A program made the position numbers and the translations under genes. From Candidatus Uhrbacteria bacterium (lineage in GTDB: Bacteria > Patescibacteriota > Patescibacteriia > UBA9934), in contig CAWGHH010000005.1 in assembly GCA_963822405.1 (NCBI GenBank), positions 39,439 through 103,438 of the forward strand: a stretch of DNA of 64,000 nucleotides. Reading direction: 5' to 3'. Shown piece by piece: positions 38,847-49,526 of this stretch. Positions within the stretch are counted from its first letter, which is position 1. Every line of letters begins with the position of its first letter. Under the pieces are notes generated by a model. It did not search any database, was not told where the DNA came from, and worked only from the letters and a program-made list of their open reading frames with translations.

Positions 38847-40742
38847 CTACTTTTTCATGGACGACAGGAATTCGACAGTTCGGTTTCTTTCTTGAAGTAG
38901 TTTTCTGGCTTCGACGGAAAAAACAGCAACCATCTTACGCCAAAATGGCCGGCAGATTTCTGGCAAACGTTCACAGGCTTCGCCAGCAGACTCGACATGA
39001 AGAAAAACATCAGCACAAACCCGTTCAACACTTTCTGACCAATAAATTCGTTCGAGCTCCTGACTATACGCGCTCAACCAATCAAACCGAGCGACATCAA
39101 ATCCCTTATTTCGCAATCTCTCGAGCACGTCTACGTTCACGTGCGTCAGCTGACCACGGCGCAAATCACTCTGCCAACCTCTCGCGTCTTCAAGTAAACG
39201 CTTCGCTAAAATATAGTGCCTTAAGAATTCCTCGAAGGCTTTTATCTCTCCCCCGTCAGACGCAAATCCAAGTTTCAAAAATACTGCCCTCGCGGCCAAC
39301 ACCATACCCCAAGAACGATCAACTAGCTTTTCATCTCGGCCAAACTTCGGCAAAATATTTGGAAACACAAACCCGCGTTCACTTTTCTTTAGTCGACATT
39401 CAGACACTTCCCACGCATTCGCACTGTCGACTCTATCCATTGCATCCGCCAGTACTTCCGGCTCGACGAGCTTTGAAAATAGTTGGGTCAACTCTCGCAG
39501 AGCCACGTTTGCCACCGGCAAGTCCCGCGGATCAAGCTCGCCGTCAATGACGTTGTCGTAAATAGTGTACGCAATCCAACCAAGCGTGTGCGCCAAACAA
39601 GCGTCAACAAAAAAGTCTTCGGGAATTTCATGCGCCCGTTCAAGCGACGAAGCAATAAAATACGGAAACAAAGTTTTTTCACCGCGAACATCCGTTCTCA
39701 GCAGTTCTTCAATGTTGTAATGCGCACTCGCCGCCAACACCGGATCCAATCTCGCAAACCTTTCTTCGGCCGCATCTCGAAGAGTCGCCTGCAGCGATAA
39801 CACCTGTTCCTCCGGCTTGATCTTCTCGCGTCTGCCAATCTCCGCCTCGACTCTCGTCAACGCCCCAAGCACCATGGCCATCGTCACTACCTGCGCGCTC
39901 GCAGTCGACACCTGACCACCACGCGCCATATCAAGACAAACTGGATACGCTTGAAATGCTCGGCCGTCCTCAACCATTAATTTAAGCTCGTCGCGCCCGC
40001 TAACCAACAACTCCACATCAGCCCCTAGCCGAACCAACGCATTTAATAGTCGAGCGTAATCAAACGGATCCGTCGCACCCCGAAACCTCGCTACTACCTC
40101 GGCCAACAGCTCGTCATGCCAAGCTGGAATATTTGCATATGACAAAGCCGACAAAAATGCGGTTCGATTTGGATAAAATGGTGACTGTTCACGCTTGGCT
40201 AACAACACGCTTTTCAAGTACTCGGCTAGCTTTGGAAGCGCAATATCTTGATCCGTCAAAAATGCATAAATATGCGCGTTCACCGTAGGATCAACATTTC
40301 GCCACGCCTGCGCCCGACTTTGATTCGTTAGCCAAGTTCCATACGGACCACCAGGCTCCGCCTCCATGGTCATGAGCAACTTCACATACTGGGCAAGTTT
40401 AACGCCCGTCAAAAAATCCGAATCGTGCATCCACAAAGCGTGCATCGCAATACTCGTCGTATCAAGGTCATCAGGGTACGGCGCCTCAACTGCACCCGAC
40501 GACGCGCGCAACCAATAATTCCAAGTGCCCTCCGCACTCATCTCTCCAAGTAGTCGATGTGCCAGTCGCGCAGTCACCTCCTCAACTCCCGGCACGCCCG
40601 TTAACGCCCGCAGCGCCATGGCAACAAAAAACGAGCTCTGACGCTCGCAACTCTTCTCCCCCGTTCTATCCAACGAAACACAAACCGCAAACGCCCCATC
40701 GGACGGTACTGCGTTAACCAGTGCACTGCGGAGTCTATCCAT
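38847..40742 (-). CDS. Putative terpene cyclase/prenyltransferase-repeat + isoprenoid synthase-like fusion protein
   Basis: N-half YPDDLDTT, EPGGPYGTW, VDPTVNAH; C-half WIAYTIYDNVID and LLEDARGWQSDL. Confidence 0.6.
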   Translation of the reverse strand: MDRLRSALVNAVPSDGAFAVCVSLDRTGEKSCERQSSFFVAMALRALTGVPGVEEVTARLAHRLLGEMSAEGTWNYWLRASSGAVEAPYPDDLDTTSIAMHALWMHDSDFLTGVKLAQYVKLLMTMEAEPGGPYGTWLTNQSRAQAWRNVDPTVNAHIYAFLTDQDIALPKLAEYLKSVLLAKREQSPFYPNRTAFLSALSYANIPAWHDELLAEVVARFRGATDPFDYARLLNALVRLGADVELLVSGRDELKLMVEDGRAFQAYPVCLDMARGGQVSTASAQVVTMAMVLGALTRVEAEIGRREKIKPEEQVLSLQATLRDAAEERFARLDPVLAASAHYNIEELLRTDVRGEKTLFPYFIASSLERAHEIPEDFFVDACLAHTLGWIAYTIYDNVIDGELDPRDLPVANVALRELTQLFSKLVEPEVLADAMDRVDSANAWEVSECRLKKSERGFVFPNILPKFGRDEKLVDRSWGMVLAARAVFLKLGFASDGGEIKAFEEFLRHYILAKRLLEDARGWQSDLRRGQLTHVNVDVLERLRNKGFDVARFDWLSAYSQELERIYWSESVERVCADVFLHVESAGEACERLPEICRPFWRKMVAVFSVEARKLLQERNRTVEFLSSMKK

Positions 40743-40833
40743 AGGCCAGGCTTTTCTTTAGTCTTGTCCGAAAACATGAACGTGTCAATGTTATTGCGAG
40801 ATTTTTTGAAATCAAGTATTATCGCTCCGTTCT

Positions 40834-40908
40834 AGGGGAGTAGTGAAATGGCTATCACATTAGTCTCCAAAACTAATATTTCGGGTTCGAGTCCCGGCTC
40901 CCCTGCCA
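40834..40908 (+). tRNA. tRNA-Trp (CCA)
   Basis: Acceptor AGGGGAG/CTCCCCT, anticodon arm TTAGT-CTCCAAA-ACTAA, GGTTCGAGTCC, encoded CCA. Confidence 0.95.
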
Positions 40909-41078
40909 CAAAACATTCAGCAAGCAATTGCTGGATTTTTTGTTGTACAAAGATATATCAAAGTAACTTGATGGGAGCATAAAACGAACGAATGCATTAT
41001 CACGCGATGACAGACGGCCGAATTACATTAACTCCACGCAACTGTGCTAAAATAGCACCAATAATCCTCAACGGCCTT

Positions 41079-42203
41079 ATGAAGGAAAAACGATCTACGG
41101 GGTATCAGCGCGTCATTATTTTGTTTCTGATTTGGCTCGTTGCCGTGAACGTATTCGCCTATATCACAAGTAATCGATTCAACTTAACATCCGACAACTC
41201 GTACGAATGGATGCAGCCGGCAGAACAATTTACGCCCAAGCGTGTTGATAATTTAGTTGATAGTCACGTGCGATGGGATTCACTTTGGTATCTTGATATT
41301 GCCCAAAATGGATACTTCTACAAAGGCGAAGGGCAACTTTCAAATATTGTGTTTTTCCCGATGTATCCAGGACTAATCGCGCTCTTCGGTTGGGCGATAG
41401 GATTCCAACTCGCGGGGTGGCTGGTGGCTCTGGCGGCACTTTTAGGTGCCATACTGCTCTTAACAAAATACGTTCAGGAGCATCATCCAGATCTTGATCA
41501 TGATGACGTCATCTTCTTTCTGCTCATCTTTCCGACAGCCGTCTTTCTTGATGCCGTTTATACGGAATCGTTATTCCTGCTCTTTACAATCGCCACATTT
41601 TACTTCGGCTTAAAACGAAATTTTTTGGTCGCAAGTATTTTTGGAATGGCGGCAGCGTTGACTCGCGTTACTGGCGTATTACTTGTTCTCCCGCTCCTCA
41701 TCGAATACATCACTGCCGTTAAATTAGAAAAGAAAAAATTTGGCCTTGATTTGTTCGCGCTTGGGCTTATTCCGCTCGGCTTGCTCGCATTTTTTGCATA
41801 TCACTGGCTGGCATTTGGCAGTCCCACCATTTTCTTTGATGTTCAGTCAACGTGGGGCCGTGGATTCGAGCTTGAGTCGAAGCACTTCTTAACCCAAACA
41901 CTTCCGGCGACCATGAACCTTTGGCTGGACGTGTTCTTCACTGTATTTGCTGTCGTGGCAACATGGTTTGTATGGAAACGATTGCGTCCTTCCTACGCCG
42001 TCTATATGTTTCTTGGGTTCATGATACCGATCTTAACGGGTACCCTCATGAGCGTTGGCCGCTATCTGGTAGTACTCTTCCCAATCTTCCTACTGGCGGC
42101 AGGAATTAAAAATAAAATCGTGCGCCAGACTTGGATTATTATTTCGATTCTTTTATTCGCCCTGTATACGATCTTGTTCGCGGTAAATTATTGGGCTGGA
42201 TAA
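41079..42203 (+). CDS. GT-C membrane glycosyltransferase (PIG-V/mannosyltransferase-like)
   Basis: RWDSLWYLDIAQNGY, FFPMYP, YTESLFL, RY..VLFP; multiple TM. Confidence 0.85.
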   Translation: MKEKRSTGYQRVIILFLIWLVAVNVFAYITSNRFNLTSDNSYEWMQPAEQFTPKRVDNLVDSHVRWDSLWYLDIAQNGYFYKGEGQLSNIVFFPMYPGLIALFGWAIGFQLAGWLVALAALLGAILLLTKYVQEHHPDLDHDDVIFFLLIFPTAVFLDAVYTESLFLLFTIATFYFGLKRNFLVASIFGMAAALTRVTGVLLVLPLLIEYITAVKLEKKKFGLDLFALGLIPLGLLAFFAYHWLAFGSPTIFFDVQSTWGRGFELESKHFLTQTLPATMNLWLDVFFTVFAVVATWFVWKRLRPSYAVYMFLGFMIPILTGTLMSVGRYLVVLFPIFLLAAGIKNKIVRQTWIIISILLFALYTILFAVNYWAG

Positions 42204-42206
42204 GCT

Positions 42207-42923
42207 ATGGCAACGCCAGAAATTTCCATTGTAATACCGTTTAAAGATGAGGAGGCGCGATTACCAAAAACTCTGGCAGCAGTATTGAAATACGCAAAAA
42301 GATTCTACCCCCTTTTTGAAATTATTCTGGTAGACGACGGAAGCACCGACAATTCAATAAACAACGTCAAAAGTCTCTCAGAAGAATCATGCGTTAGATT
42401 TGTGAGCCACAAATTAAACAAAGGAAAAGGAGCAGCAGTTCGCTCAGGTGTCTTGGCAGCCAGAGGAAAGCTAATTTTATTTTCGGATGCAGATCTTTCG
42501 ACGCCAATTAAAGAGCTCGGTCACATGATGTCAATACTTAAAGAGAATGACTGCGATATTGTAATTGGTTCCCGGGCTCTCCCCGGATCTCGGATAACAA
42601 CACCACAGCCTTTATCTCGCGTGTTCGTGGGTAAGGTGGGAAATCTATTCATCCGCCTAATGACTGGCATGCCGTTTAAAGACACTCAATGCGGTTTCAA
42701 GCTGTTTACGCGCCAAGCTGCCAGAGAATTATTTGCCGAGCAACACTTTCCAGGGTGGAGTTTTGATATTGAGGTACTTCTAAAGGCAACGCAAAAAAAG
42801 TATCACATTTGTGAAGTGCCAGTTGAGTGGCACGACGTTATTGGTTCAAAAGTTAGCCCGGTTCGGGATGCGATTCGCGTGTTACTTGATGTCGTTCGAA
42901 TAAACAGAACGTACAAAGTATGA
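42207..42923 (+). CDS. GT2 polyprenyl-phosphate glycosyltransferase (dolichyl-P glucosyltransferase-like)
   Basis: VDDGSTD, NKGKGAAVR, DADLSTP, DTQCGFKLF, FDIEVL. Confidence 0.9.
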   Translation: MATPEISIVIPFKDEEARLPKTLAAVLKYAKRFYPLFEIILVDDGSTDNSINNVKSLSEESCVRFVSHKLNKGKGAAVRSGVLAARGKLILFSDADLSTPIKELGHMMSILKENDCDIVIGSRALPGSRITTPQPLSRVFVGKVGNLFIRLMTGMPFKDTQCGFKLFTRQAARELFAEQHFPGWSFDIEVLLKATQKKYHICEVPVEWHDVIGSKVSPVRDAIRVLLDVVRINRTYKV

Positions 42924-43327
42924 AACCATTTCCCAAACATTCGCATCTTAATTTTAAAACGTTCTTACGCTATTCACTCGTTGGACTTTCAGGGACGTGC
43001 GTGGATCTTGGCGTTTTAGTTTTCTTAGTAGAAATATTTGCAGTCCGACCAGAAATAGGGAATATTTTCTCTTTTATTTTGGCGGTAGTTAATAATTTTG
43101 TCTGGAACAAATACTGGACATTCAAACACAAGGAAGGAAAATTCGCCAAACAACTCACGCAATTTTTCATCATCTCTATTGTGGGACTAATTGTAAATAT
43201 TACTTTACTTCCGTTTCTTATCAGCCTCGGTCTTTGGTATGTTTATGCAAAAATTGCAATTATCGCGCTCGTCATGATGTGGAATTTTTTCGGCAATTCG
43301 ATTTGGACATTTCGCAAGCTGTCATAA
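42920..43327 (+). CDS. GtrA family flippase-like protein
   Basis: RYSLVG, NNFVWNKYWTF, WNF...WTF; 4 TM. Confidence 0.88.
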   Translation: MKPFPKHSHLNFKTFLRYSLVGLSGTCVDLGVLVFLVEIFAVRPEIGNIFSFILAVVNNFVWNKYWTFKHKEGKFAKQLTQFFIISIVGLIVNITLLPFLISLGLWYVYAKIAIIALVMMWNFFGNSIWTFRKLS

Positions 43328-43360
43328 CTAAAAAATAATATCAAATCGGGAAATAGGAAT

Positions 43361-43942
43361 TTATAACAATTTATTGGTGATAATGCCCAAACACGTTTGC
43401 GCGACGATTGGTTCTGGTTGTTCGGCGTCGATTATGAAATCGGCGAATACTTTGCTTGGCATAATATATTGTCTAGCAGCTGGAAGCATAACGTTATACA
43501 AATAGTCTTCCTGAACTCCTGGTTGACGTTGACGGCGACGGATCAATTGACTCTCTTCGGACAGGTCGAAAAATAACTTGAGATCAAGCAGTTCACGCAG
43601 TTCCGGATGATAGAGTGACATGAACCCATCAACTAAAATAATTTCCGAAGGTCTAATTAGTTTTTCGCCAATTTGTTTATTCTCATGACGGGAATAATCT
43701 GGAACAAATATTTCTTGACCGGCTCGTAAATCACTTACGGCTCGCAATAACTGATCCCATTTCAACGCCTCCGGTTCATCCCACTGAGTAGCCTCGCCTA
43801 ACTTTGGAACGTCCGCCTCATCTTTGAAAAAATCGTCGAGCTTGAATCTAGTGACGCCTTTAAGGGCATTTTCAATAACTCGACAACATGATGACTTCCC
43901 TGCCCCGCTTGGACCCGCTATGCCAATAATCAATGGTTGCAT
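43361..43942 (-). CDS. udk: Uridine kinase family protein
   Basis: IIGIAGPSGAGKS, LDDFFK, WDEPEA, IMPSKVFADFII. Confidence 0.8.
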   Translation of the reverse strand: MQPLIIGIAGPSGAGKSSCCRVIENALKGVTRFKLDDFFKDEADVPKLGEATQWDEPEALKWDQLLRAVSDLRAGQEIFVPDYSRHENKQIGEKLIRPSEIILVDGFMSLYHPELRELLDLKLFFDLSEESQLIRRRQRQPGVQEDYLYNVMLPAARQYIMPSKVFADFIIDAEQPEPIVAQTCLGIITNKLL

Positions 43943-44018
43943 ACGGAAGTATTATAGCAATGTCTCTTGATTTTTTCCCCAAACGGCCTAAGGTGAGTCC
44001 GTCACTATTGGAGGACCT

Positions 44019-45260
44019 GTGCGTAAAGAACTTCCGAGCAATGTTGCTGCTGAAACATTCGCGGTTAGTGGAGCGTATGATCCTGCCCTGTCTCAAGGAG
44101 CGATGAAGCCGCCAATCTTCGCGACGTCAACGTTCGAAGCTAAATCAGCGAGCGAACTTGCCCTCTGCTTCCGCCAAGCATACGGGTTAGACACCGGAAA
44201 ACCCGCCCAACCGCCTGAGCTCATCTACTCGCGCGTCGTGAATCCAAACTTGCAGATTTTCGAGGAGCGGTGGTCAAAGTTTGAACACGCGGAACAATCC
44301 GCCTTGTTCGGTAGCGGCATGGCCGCCATCTCAACCGCCCTCCTCACGTTCTGCCGGCCAGGTAGCCATGTGTTGTACTCGGCTCCGGTTTACGGTGGCA
44401 CAGATTACTTCATGTCCCATCTCATGCCGGCGCTCGCAATCAACTCGCACTCTTTTCTAGTGACCGATGGTCAGGAAAAGATTGCGCGCCTGTTGCACCG
44501 AATAAACAGATTGGGTGCGGTGAGCGTGGTCTACGTGGAAACGCCCGCTAATCCCACGCTCGCCTTGGCAGACCTGCCGGCCATCGTCGAGGAATGCGCC
44601 AAATTGAATCCGCGACCGATCGTCATCGTTGACGCCACCGTCCTTGGTCCGATCTTTCACCGGCCACTTGATCTCGGTGCTGACCTAGTGATCCACTCGG
44701 CTACAAAATCAATCGGCGGGCACAGTGACCTCATTGCCGGCATTGCGTCAGGAAAAAGCGAGCTAGTGTCCGCTATCAAAGCCACGCGCACCATCTTTGG
44801 CACCATGGCTGATCCGAACACCGCCCATCTCCTGTTGAGAAGTCTCGAAACCTACACGATTCGGATCGAGGCGACCGAACACAAGGCGCTCAAGGTGGCC
44901 AAGTTCCTCCTCGGACACCCGGCCGTAGATCAGCTGTATTTCCCGGGCTTCACAAAAGACGCCGAGCAACAACGGCGCTGGGAAGCACAGTTCACCGGAC
45001 GCGGTTCGCTCATGTCCTTCACCGTTCGTGGCGGACGTGAGGAAGCGTATCGCGTGCTTGATAAACTGCGCGTGGTCAAGCTCGCCGTCAGCCTTGGGGG
45101 CACAGAGTCCCTCGCAGAACACCCGCGTACGCACACGCACTCAGACGTCATGCCCGAGGATCTTGATCGCTTCGGCGTCACCGAAGGCATGATCCGCCTG
45201 TCCGTTGGTCTCGAAGACGCGGACGACATCATTGCTGACTTGAAACAAGCACTCGAGTAA
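44019..45260 (+). CDS. PLP-dependent trans-sulfuration enzyme (methionine gamma-lyase / cystathionine gamma-synthase family)
   Basis: YSRVVNP, SGMAAI, ETPANPTL, HSATKSIGGHSD, AVSLGGTESL, RLSVGLE. Confidence 0.9.
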   Translation: MRKELPSNVAAETFAVSGAYDPALSQGAMKPPIFATSTFEAKSASELALCFRQAYGLDTGKPAQPPELIYSRVVNPNLQIFEERWSKFEHAEQSALFGSGMAAISTALLTFCRPGSHVLYSAPVYGGTDYFMSHLMPALAINSHSFLVTDGQEKIARLLHRINRLGAVSVVYVETPANPTLALADLPAIVEECAKLNPRPIVIVDATVLGPIFHRPLDLGADLVIHSATKSIGGHSDLIAGIASGKSELVSAIKATRTIFGTMADPNTAHLLLRSLETYTIRIEATEHKALKVAKFLLGHPAVDQLYFPGFTKDAEQQRRWEAQFTGRGSLMSFTVRGGREEAYRVLDKLRVVKLAVSLGGTESLAEHPRTHTHSDVMPEDLDRFGVTEGMIRLSVGLEDADDIIADLKQALE

Positions 45261-45342
45261 CCCCACCGTTGCTTAACCTCGATCAAGGCGCACCCACTAG
45301 GTGCGCCTTTAATTTTGTAAAATGCCTGACCCCATTTTCTCA

Positions 45343-46312
45343 TCACCTAGCAAGTTCAGCAATTACATCCCGAGTTTTCATTGTCGACATGTCCTGTGCG
45401 GTTACATCCGTTTGAGCTGATCCAACGTGATACCGAGTGAACAACGTTGGCTCTAGGTCAATTACATAATCAGCCCAGCGCGCGCCATATCGAGCCTTCG
45501 CTATCTCTTCGTTTGGTAGCCAACGCAAAACTCCCACGCCGTCAGGTGCTGATTCTACTTCATAGGTCTTAGAATCGCTTTGAATCTTTACGAGCACTAC
45601 GCCCGGCTTGGGCAACATTGGAATGTCCATCGGCAAAGTTGGCAAAGTAGCGTCCGTCACCCAGATGACGTCTTTAAAGGACGACGCCCAAGTAAAAAAT
45701 GTTGTGCTATTCCAAAATGGTCGACGCTTAAAATCACTCGTCACATAATAAACCGTATCAAACCCAAAGCTTCGAATATACTGCCCCGCCTTCACCTCAG
45801 AAATCGGCTCGATTAGTCCAGTGATCGGCGAAGGACCGGTTCGTGCGGTGATTGGCGCAGTCACCGTTAATACGACTTCGCTCGCAACCAAGTTAACACC
45901 GCTATTATTCCGACCGGTCGTCTGTAAAATAACTTGACCGGAAAGTGTTGATGGAACGATCCAAGAATAAGGCCCACTGTTGAGACATCGGTGACAATAG
46001 GCGTGAAGTGAACACCGGCATCAACAGAGTAAGCGAGAGAAACGCTGCTAATGCCCTGACCACTAACCGTCCAATTAACGGAAACGTTGCTACCGGCCGC
46101 AACAGAACCTGCCGAAGGAGCAGTCAAAGCAATGTCAGGAATGGTCGATGGCACCCAACCACCTCCGCTACTCGTAGCACAAACGGTGGTTGATGGCGTA
46201 AAAACTACAGGGCTGTTTGACGAAGTAACGGTCAAAGTCACAATACCAGAAACTTTCGTGCAAGGATTTAAACCCTTATCATTTTCAAGTCGACCATTAC
46301 CCGGCGCTTGTA
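45343..46312 (-). pseudogene. 5'-truncated, frameshifted surface protein (Ig-like region + C-terminal domain shared with 57891..61181)
   Basis: ORFs 45867..46325 and 45343..45891 join with one extra base near 45972; no signal peptide or credible start. Confidence 0.65.
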
Positions 46313-46534
46313 GTCGGTGAGGCAATACTCGACGGCAAAATTACCCCTATCGTTCCCGGCGATATTGTCATCGTCACTCCAGGTACACAGCACAACTTCA
46401 AAAATACCAGTAAGGTGGTCATGAAAATTATGACCATTTACTCCCCACCAAATCACATTGACGGTCGCATCCAGCACACAAAAGTAGAGGCTGATGCTGA
46501 CGTAGCCGATGAGGCTTTTGGCGAAGCTCAATAA
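46313..46534 (+). pseudogene. C-terminal half of a cupin protein lacking a start
   Basis: Manual translation GEAILDG...PGDIVIVTPGTQHNFKNT...TIYSPPNH.DG. Confidence 0.75.
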
Positions 46535-46618
46535 TTGCTAGCTATTATTTCAGATCCCTGTTATGGTGCGATCCTAAGAGACGGTAGCCGACTTAACGGC
46601 TCCAATACGCACACCAAT

Positions 46619-46759
46619 ATGTCAGACGACACCATGCCAGTAGCAGACGAGACAGTAGTAGTTCCTCCAGCTGCTCCAGTAGCTGACAAAACAACCGCAG
46701 CTCCAGTAGAGGAGGCTGAGGAAGTAGCAGCAGATGTTACAGAAGAGGCAGCCGCGTAA
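46619..46759 (+). CDS. Small acidic Ala/Pro/Glu-rich protein
   Basis: MSDDTMPVADETVVVPPAAP...EEAAA, followed by terminator AAAAATCCCACTGAAAAGTGGGATTTTT. Confidence 0.5.
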   Translation: MSDDTMPVADETVVVPPAAPVADKTTAAPVEEAEEVAADVTEEAAA

Positions 46760-46834
46760 CTCACTGGTTTGAAAAAATCCCACTGAAAAGTGGGATTTTT
46801 TGTTTAGGTCGTCCTCACGGTACACTACTGTCAT

Positions 46835-47449
46835 ATGATCCCCTGGACTCCTGACGAACGTCGACTGTTACGCACACTCTCAACGCCGGCCAAAATTCAA
46901 GACTTCGTGAACTCGCTTACTTATCGAGTATCCGGCGACAACGAAACCTGCCTCTCCCCTCGCCGAGTACTTGAAGAACGCAACGCTCAATGTATAGAAG
47001 GCGCCATGTTTGCCGCGGCCGCACTTCGAATCAACGGCTTCGCGCCGCTTATTGTCGACATGGAATCAACCGCCAATGACTATGACCATGTCATAGCGGT
47101 TTATCAGATCAATAAACATTGGGGCGCAATTTCCAAAACGAACCACGGCGTTCTACGCTATCGCGAACCAGTCTATCGAACCATCCGAGAACTCGTCATG
47201 AGTTATTTCCACGAATATTTTCTCCAGTCTACTCGCACTAAAACTCTTCGAACCTTTTCAAAACCTGTCGATCTTACTAGGTTCGACAAACAAGGCTGGG
47301 AAACGAGCGAAGAATCCATTTGGTATATCCCCGAATATTTGCTTGAGATTCCCCACTCGCCAATTTTAACCAAAAGCCAAATCTCCCGACTTCGAAAAGC
47401 AGATGTAATTGAAGTCCAAATGGGCGAGCTCACAGAGTGGCCTGAATAA
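46835..47449 (+). CDS. Conserved hypothetical protein (transglutaminase/papain-like motifs)
   Basis: AQCIEGAMFAA, DHVIAVY, WGAISKTN, YREPVY. Confidence 0.7.
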   Translation: MIPWTPDERRLLRTLSTPAKIQDFVNSLTYRVSGDNETCLSPRRVLEERNAQCIEGAMFAAAALRINGFAPLIVDMESTANDYDHVIAVYQINKHWGAISKTNHGVLRYREPVYRTIRELVMSYFHEYFLQSTRTKTLRTFSKPVDLTRFDKQGWETSEESIWYIPEYLLEIPHSPILTKSQISRLRKADVIEVQMGELTEWPE

Positions 47450-47493
47450 GTGATATGATATGTAACAAAGGCTTTTTCTCTATTAGTGAATCT

Positions 47494-49512
47494 ATGAAAC
47501 AAATCGCCAACCGTCACACCACACGCTTCCGTTCGATGGCTGGTTTAGCGGCCATATTTGCAATGTCAATGTCGATCATCGTGCTTAGTGGCTATATTGC
47601 GCACATTCGAGTGCTTCAGTCTTTCACCATGCCGGTAGCCATGAATCCAGTCACGGCTATTTTATTTTTTCTAGGTGGTGCGACACTGTTAATTCTTTGG
47701 CAAACAAATCCGTCACGCATTGTAATACGCATCGGAATTTTCGCAGCCTTTTTCATCGCCTCGCTAGGCGCAATCAAAGTGGTTGGGGTGTTAACCAATC
47801 AGCCAGTTTACTTTGATCAAGCACTATTTTCTAATCAGTTGATACAAGAAGGCCTACAAACCGGCAAAGAAAATGAAATCGCCCCGAACTCAGCTCTCTG
47901 CTTCTTTTTCCTCGGCCTCGCAGTATATTTCCTCCTACTCAAACGTAACATATATATAGCCCAAGGATTGACCTTAGCAACCTTTTTCATTGCCCTCATC
48001 GTTCTCCTTGGATACCTTTATGACGCAGAACGATTTACCGGTATATCCGGGGACATGCCAATGGCACTAAACGCTACCATTACCTTTGCAGTTTTGTCCC
48101 TCGGAATAATTCTCGTGCGCGCGAATACTGGATTTATTAAAATAATTGTTGACTACGGAGCTGGTGGCACAATGATCAGAAAATTAGTTCCTGTAGCTGT
48201 TATTGTTCCCGCGCTACTTGGGTACATCCATGTCCTAGCAGAAGAAAAACAATGGCTGTCATATGATCTTGTGACCGCATTACTCGTCATGGCCAATATA
48301 ATCCTTATCATTGGCGTCATTGTTCTGCACTCCGCAAAAATTCACCGGCTTGATGCAGATCGCCAAACTGCACTGGAACATTTTGAAAATCTTAACGCAA
48401 AAAATGTAGCCATACTAGACAGCATTGGCGAAGGGCTAATTGCTACAGATGCTTCTTTCCGCATACTTCTAGCAAATGATAGCGCTGGCAAGCTACTCGG
48501 AGAAACACCGTCTCGTTTACTCGAACCCAAACAACGAGAATCTGCCATGATTCTCTACAATCACGAGGGAGGAGAAGTTCCGAACAATCTTCGTCCGTGT
48601 TGGAAAGCGCTCCATACGGGGAAAAAAGTAGTTTCAGATATTGTCACTAATGATCGTTACTTCGTCAAACGCAAAGATGGAACGGCCATCCCAATAGCCA
48701 TAACCGCAACCCCAGTAAAGCTTCATCAGAAAACTATAGGAGTAGTCATCATCTTCAGAGATCTGACGAGTGAACTCGCCCTAGAACAAACTAAAACCGA
48801 ATTCATCTCACTTGCCACTCACCAGCTACAAACGCCCCCTACGGCTATCAGCTGGAACACCGAATTATTGCTCCAAGGGGACGCCGGAAAACTCTCCCCA
48901 CAACAACGCTCGCTCGTTAACGATATCCATGACACAAGCAAGGGCATGACAGAAATTGTACACGCCCTATTAAACGCCGCCCGACTGGAGTTAGGCACAT
49001 ACATGGTCGAGCCAAAGCCAGTAGACGTTGTAGAGCTCTGTCACAACGAAGCAAAAACCTTCACCTCGGCACTTGAGACGAATAATCTACATATCGTCGA
49101 ACACTATGAATCAAAAATTCCAACCATTACAGCAGATCCAACGCTCACTCGAGTAATTCTCCAAAACCTTATCTCGAATGCGGTGAAATATACTCAGAAA
49201 GAAGGAACGATCACTCTAACTATTAAAAAGGCCGAGAAGCCAGCAGGCGTCACTATCTCAGTTACGGATACCGGTGTGGGTATTCCAAAAAACCAACAAA
49301 CGTTAATTTTCTCCAAAATGTTCCGAGCTGATAACGTCAGGGAAAATAGTCAGGGCACAGGACTCGGACTCTATCTAGTAAAATCGATAGTTGACCTGTC
49401 GCACGGAAAAATTTGGTTCGAGTCTAAAGAAAACAAGGGAACAACTTTCCACGTATTCCTTCCACAAATAGGCATACATGCAAAACAAGGCACGTCACGG
49501 ATTACGACCTAA
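47494..49512 (+). CDS. Multi-TM PAS sensor histidine kinase
   Basis: About 8 TM segments, PAS (ILDSIGEGLIATD), H-box SLATHQLQTP, NLISNAVKY, DTGVGI, GTGLGL. Confidence 0.92.
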   Translation: MKQIANRHTTRFRSMAGLAAIFAMSMSIIVLSGYIAHIRVLQSFTMPVAMNPVTAILFFLGGATLLILWQTNPSRIVIRIGIFAAFFIASLGAIKVVGVLTNQPVYFDQALFSNQLIQEGLQTGKENEIAPNSALCFFFLGLAVYFLLLKRNIYIAQGLTLATFFIALIVLLGYLYDAERFTGISGDMPMALNATITFAVLSLGIILVRANTGFIKIIVDYGAGGTMIRKLVPVAVIVPALLGYIHVLAEEKQWLSYDLVTALLVMANIILIIGVIVLHSAKIHRLDADRQTALEHFENLNAKNVAILDSIGEGLIATDASFRILLANDSAGKLLGETPSRLLEPKQRESAMILYNHEGGEVPNNLRPCWKALHTGKKVVSDIVTNDRYFVKRKDGTAIPIAITATPVKLHQKTIGVVIIFRDLTSELALEQTKTEFISLATHQLQTPPTAISWNTELLLQGDAGKLSPQQRSLVNDIHDTSKGMTEIVHALLNAARLELGTYMVEPKPVDVVELCHNEAKTFTSALETNNLHIVEHYESKIPTITADPTLTRVILQNLISNAVKYTQKEGTITLTIKKAEKPAGVTISVTDTGVGIPKNQQTLIFSKMFRADNVRENSQGTGLGLYLVKSIVDLSHGKIWFESKENKGTTFHVFLPQIGIHAKQGTSRITT

Positions 49513-49526
49513 CTAATAATGCCTAT

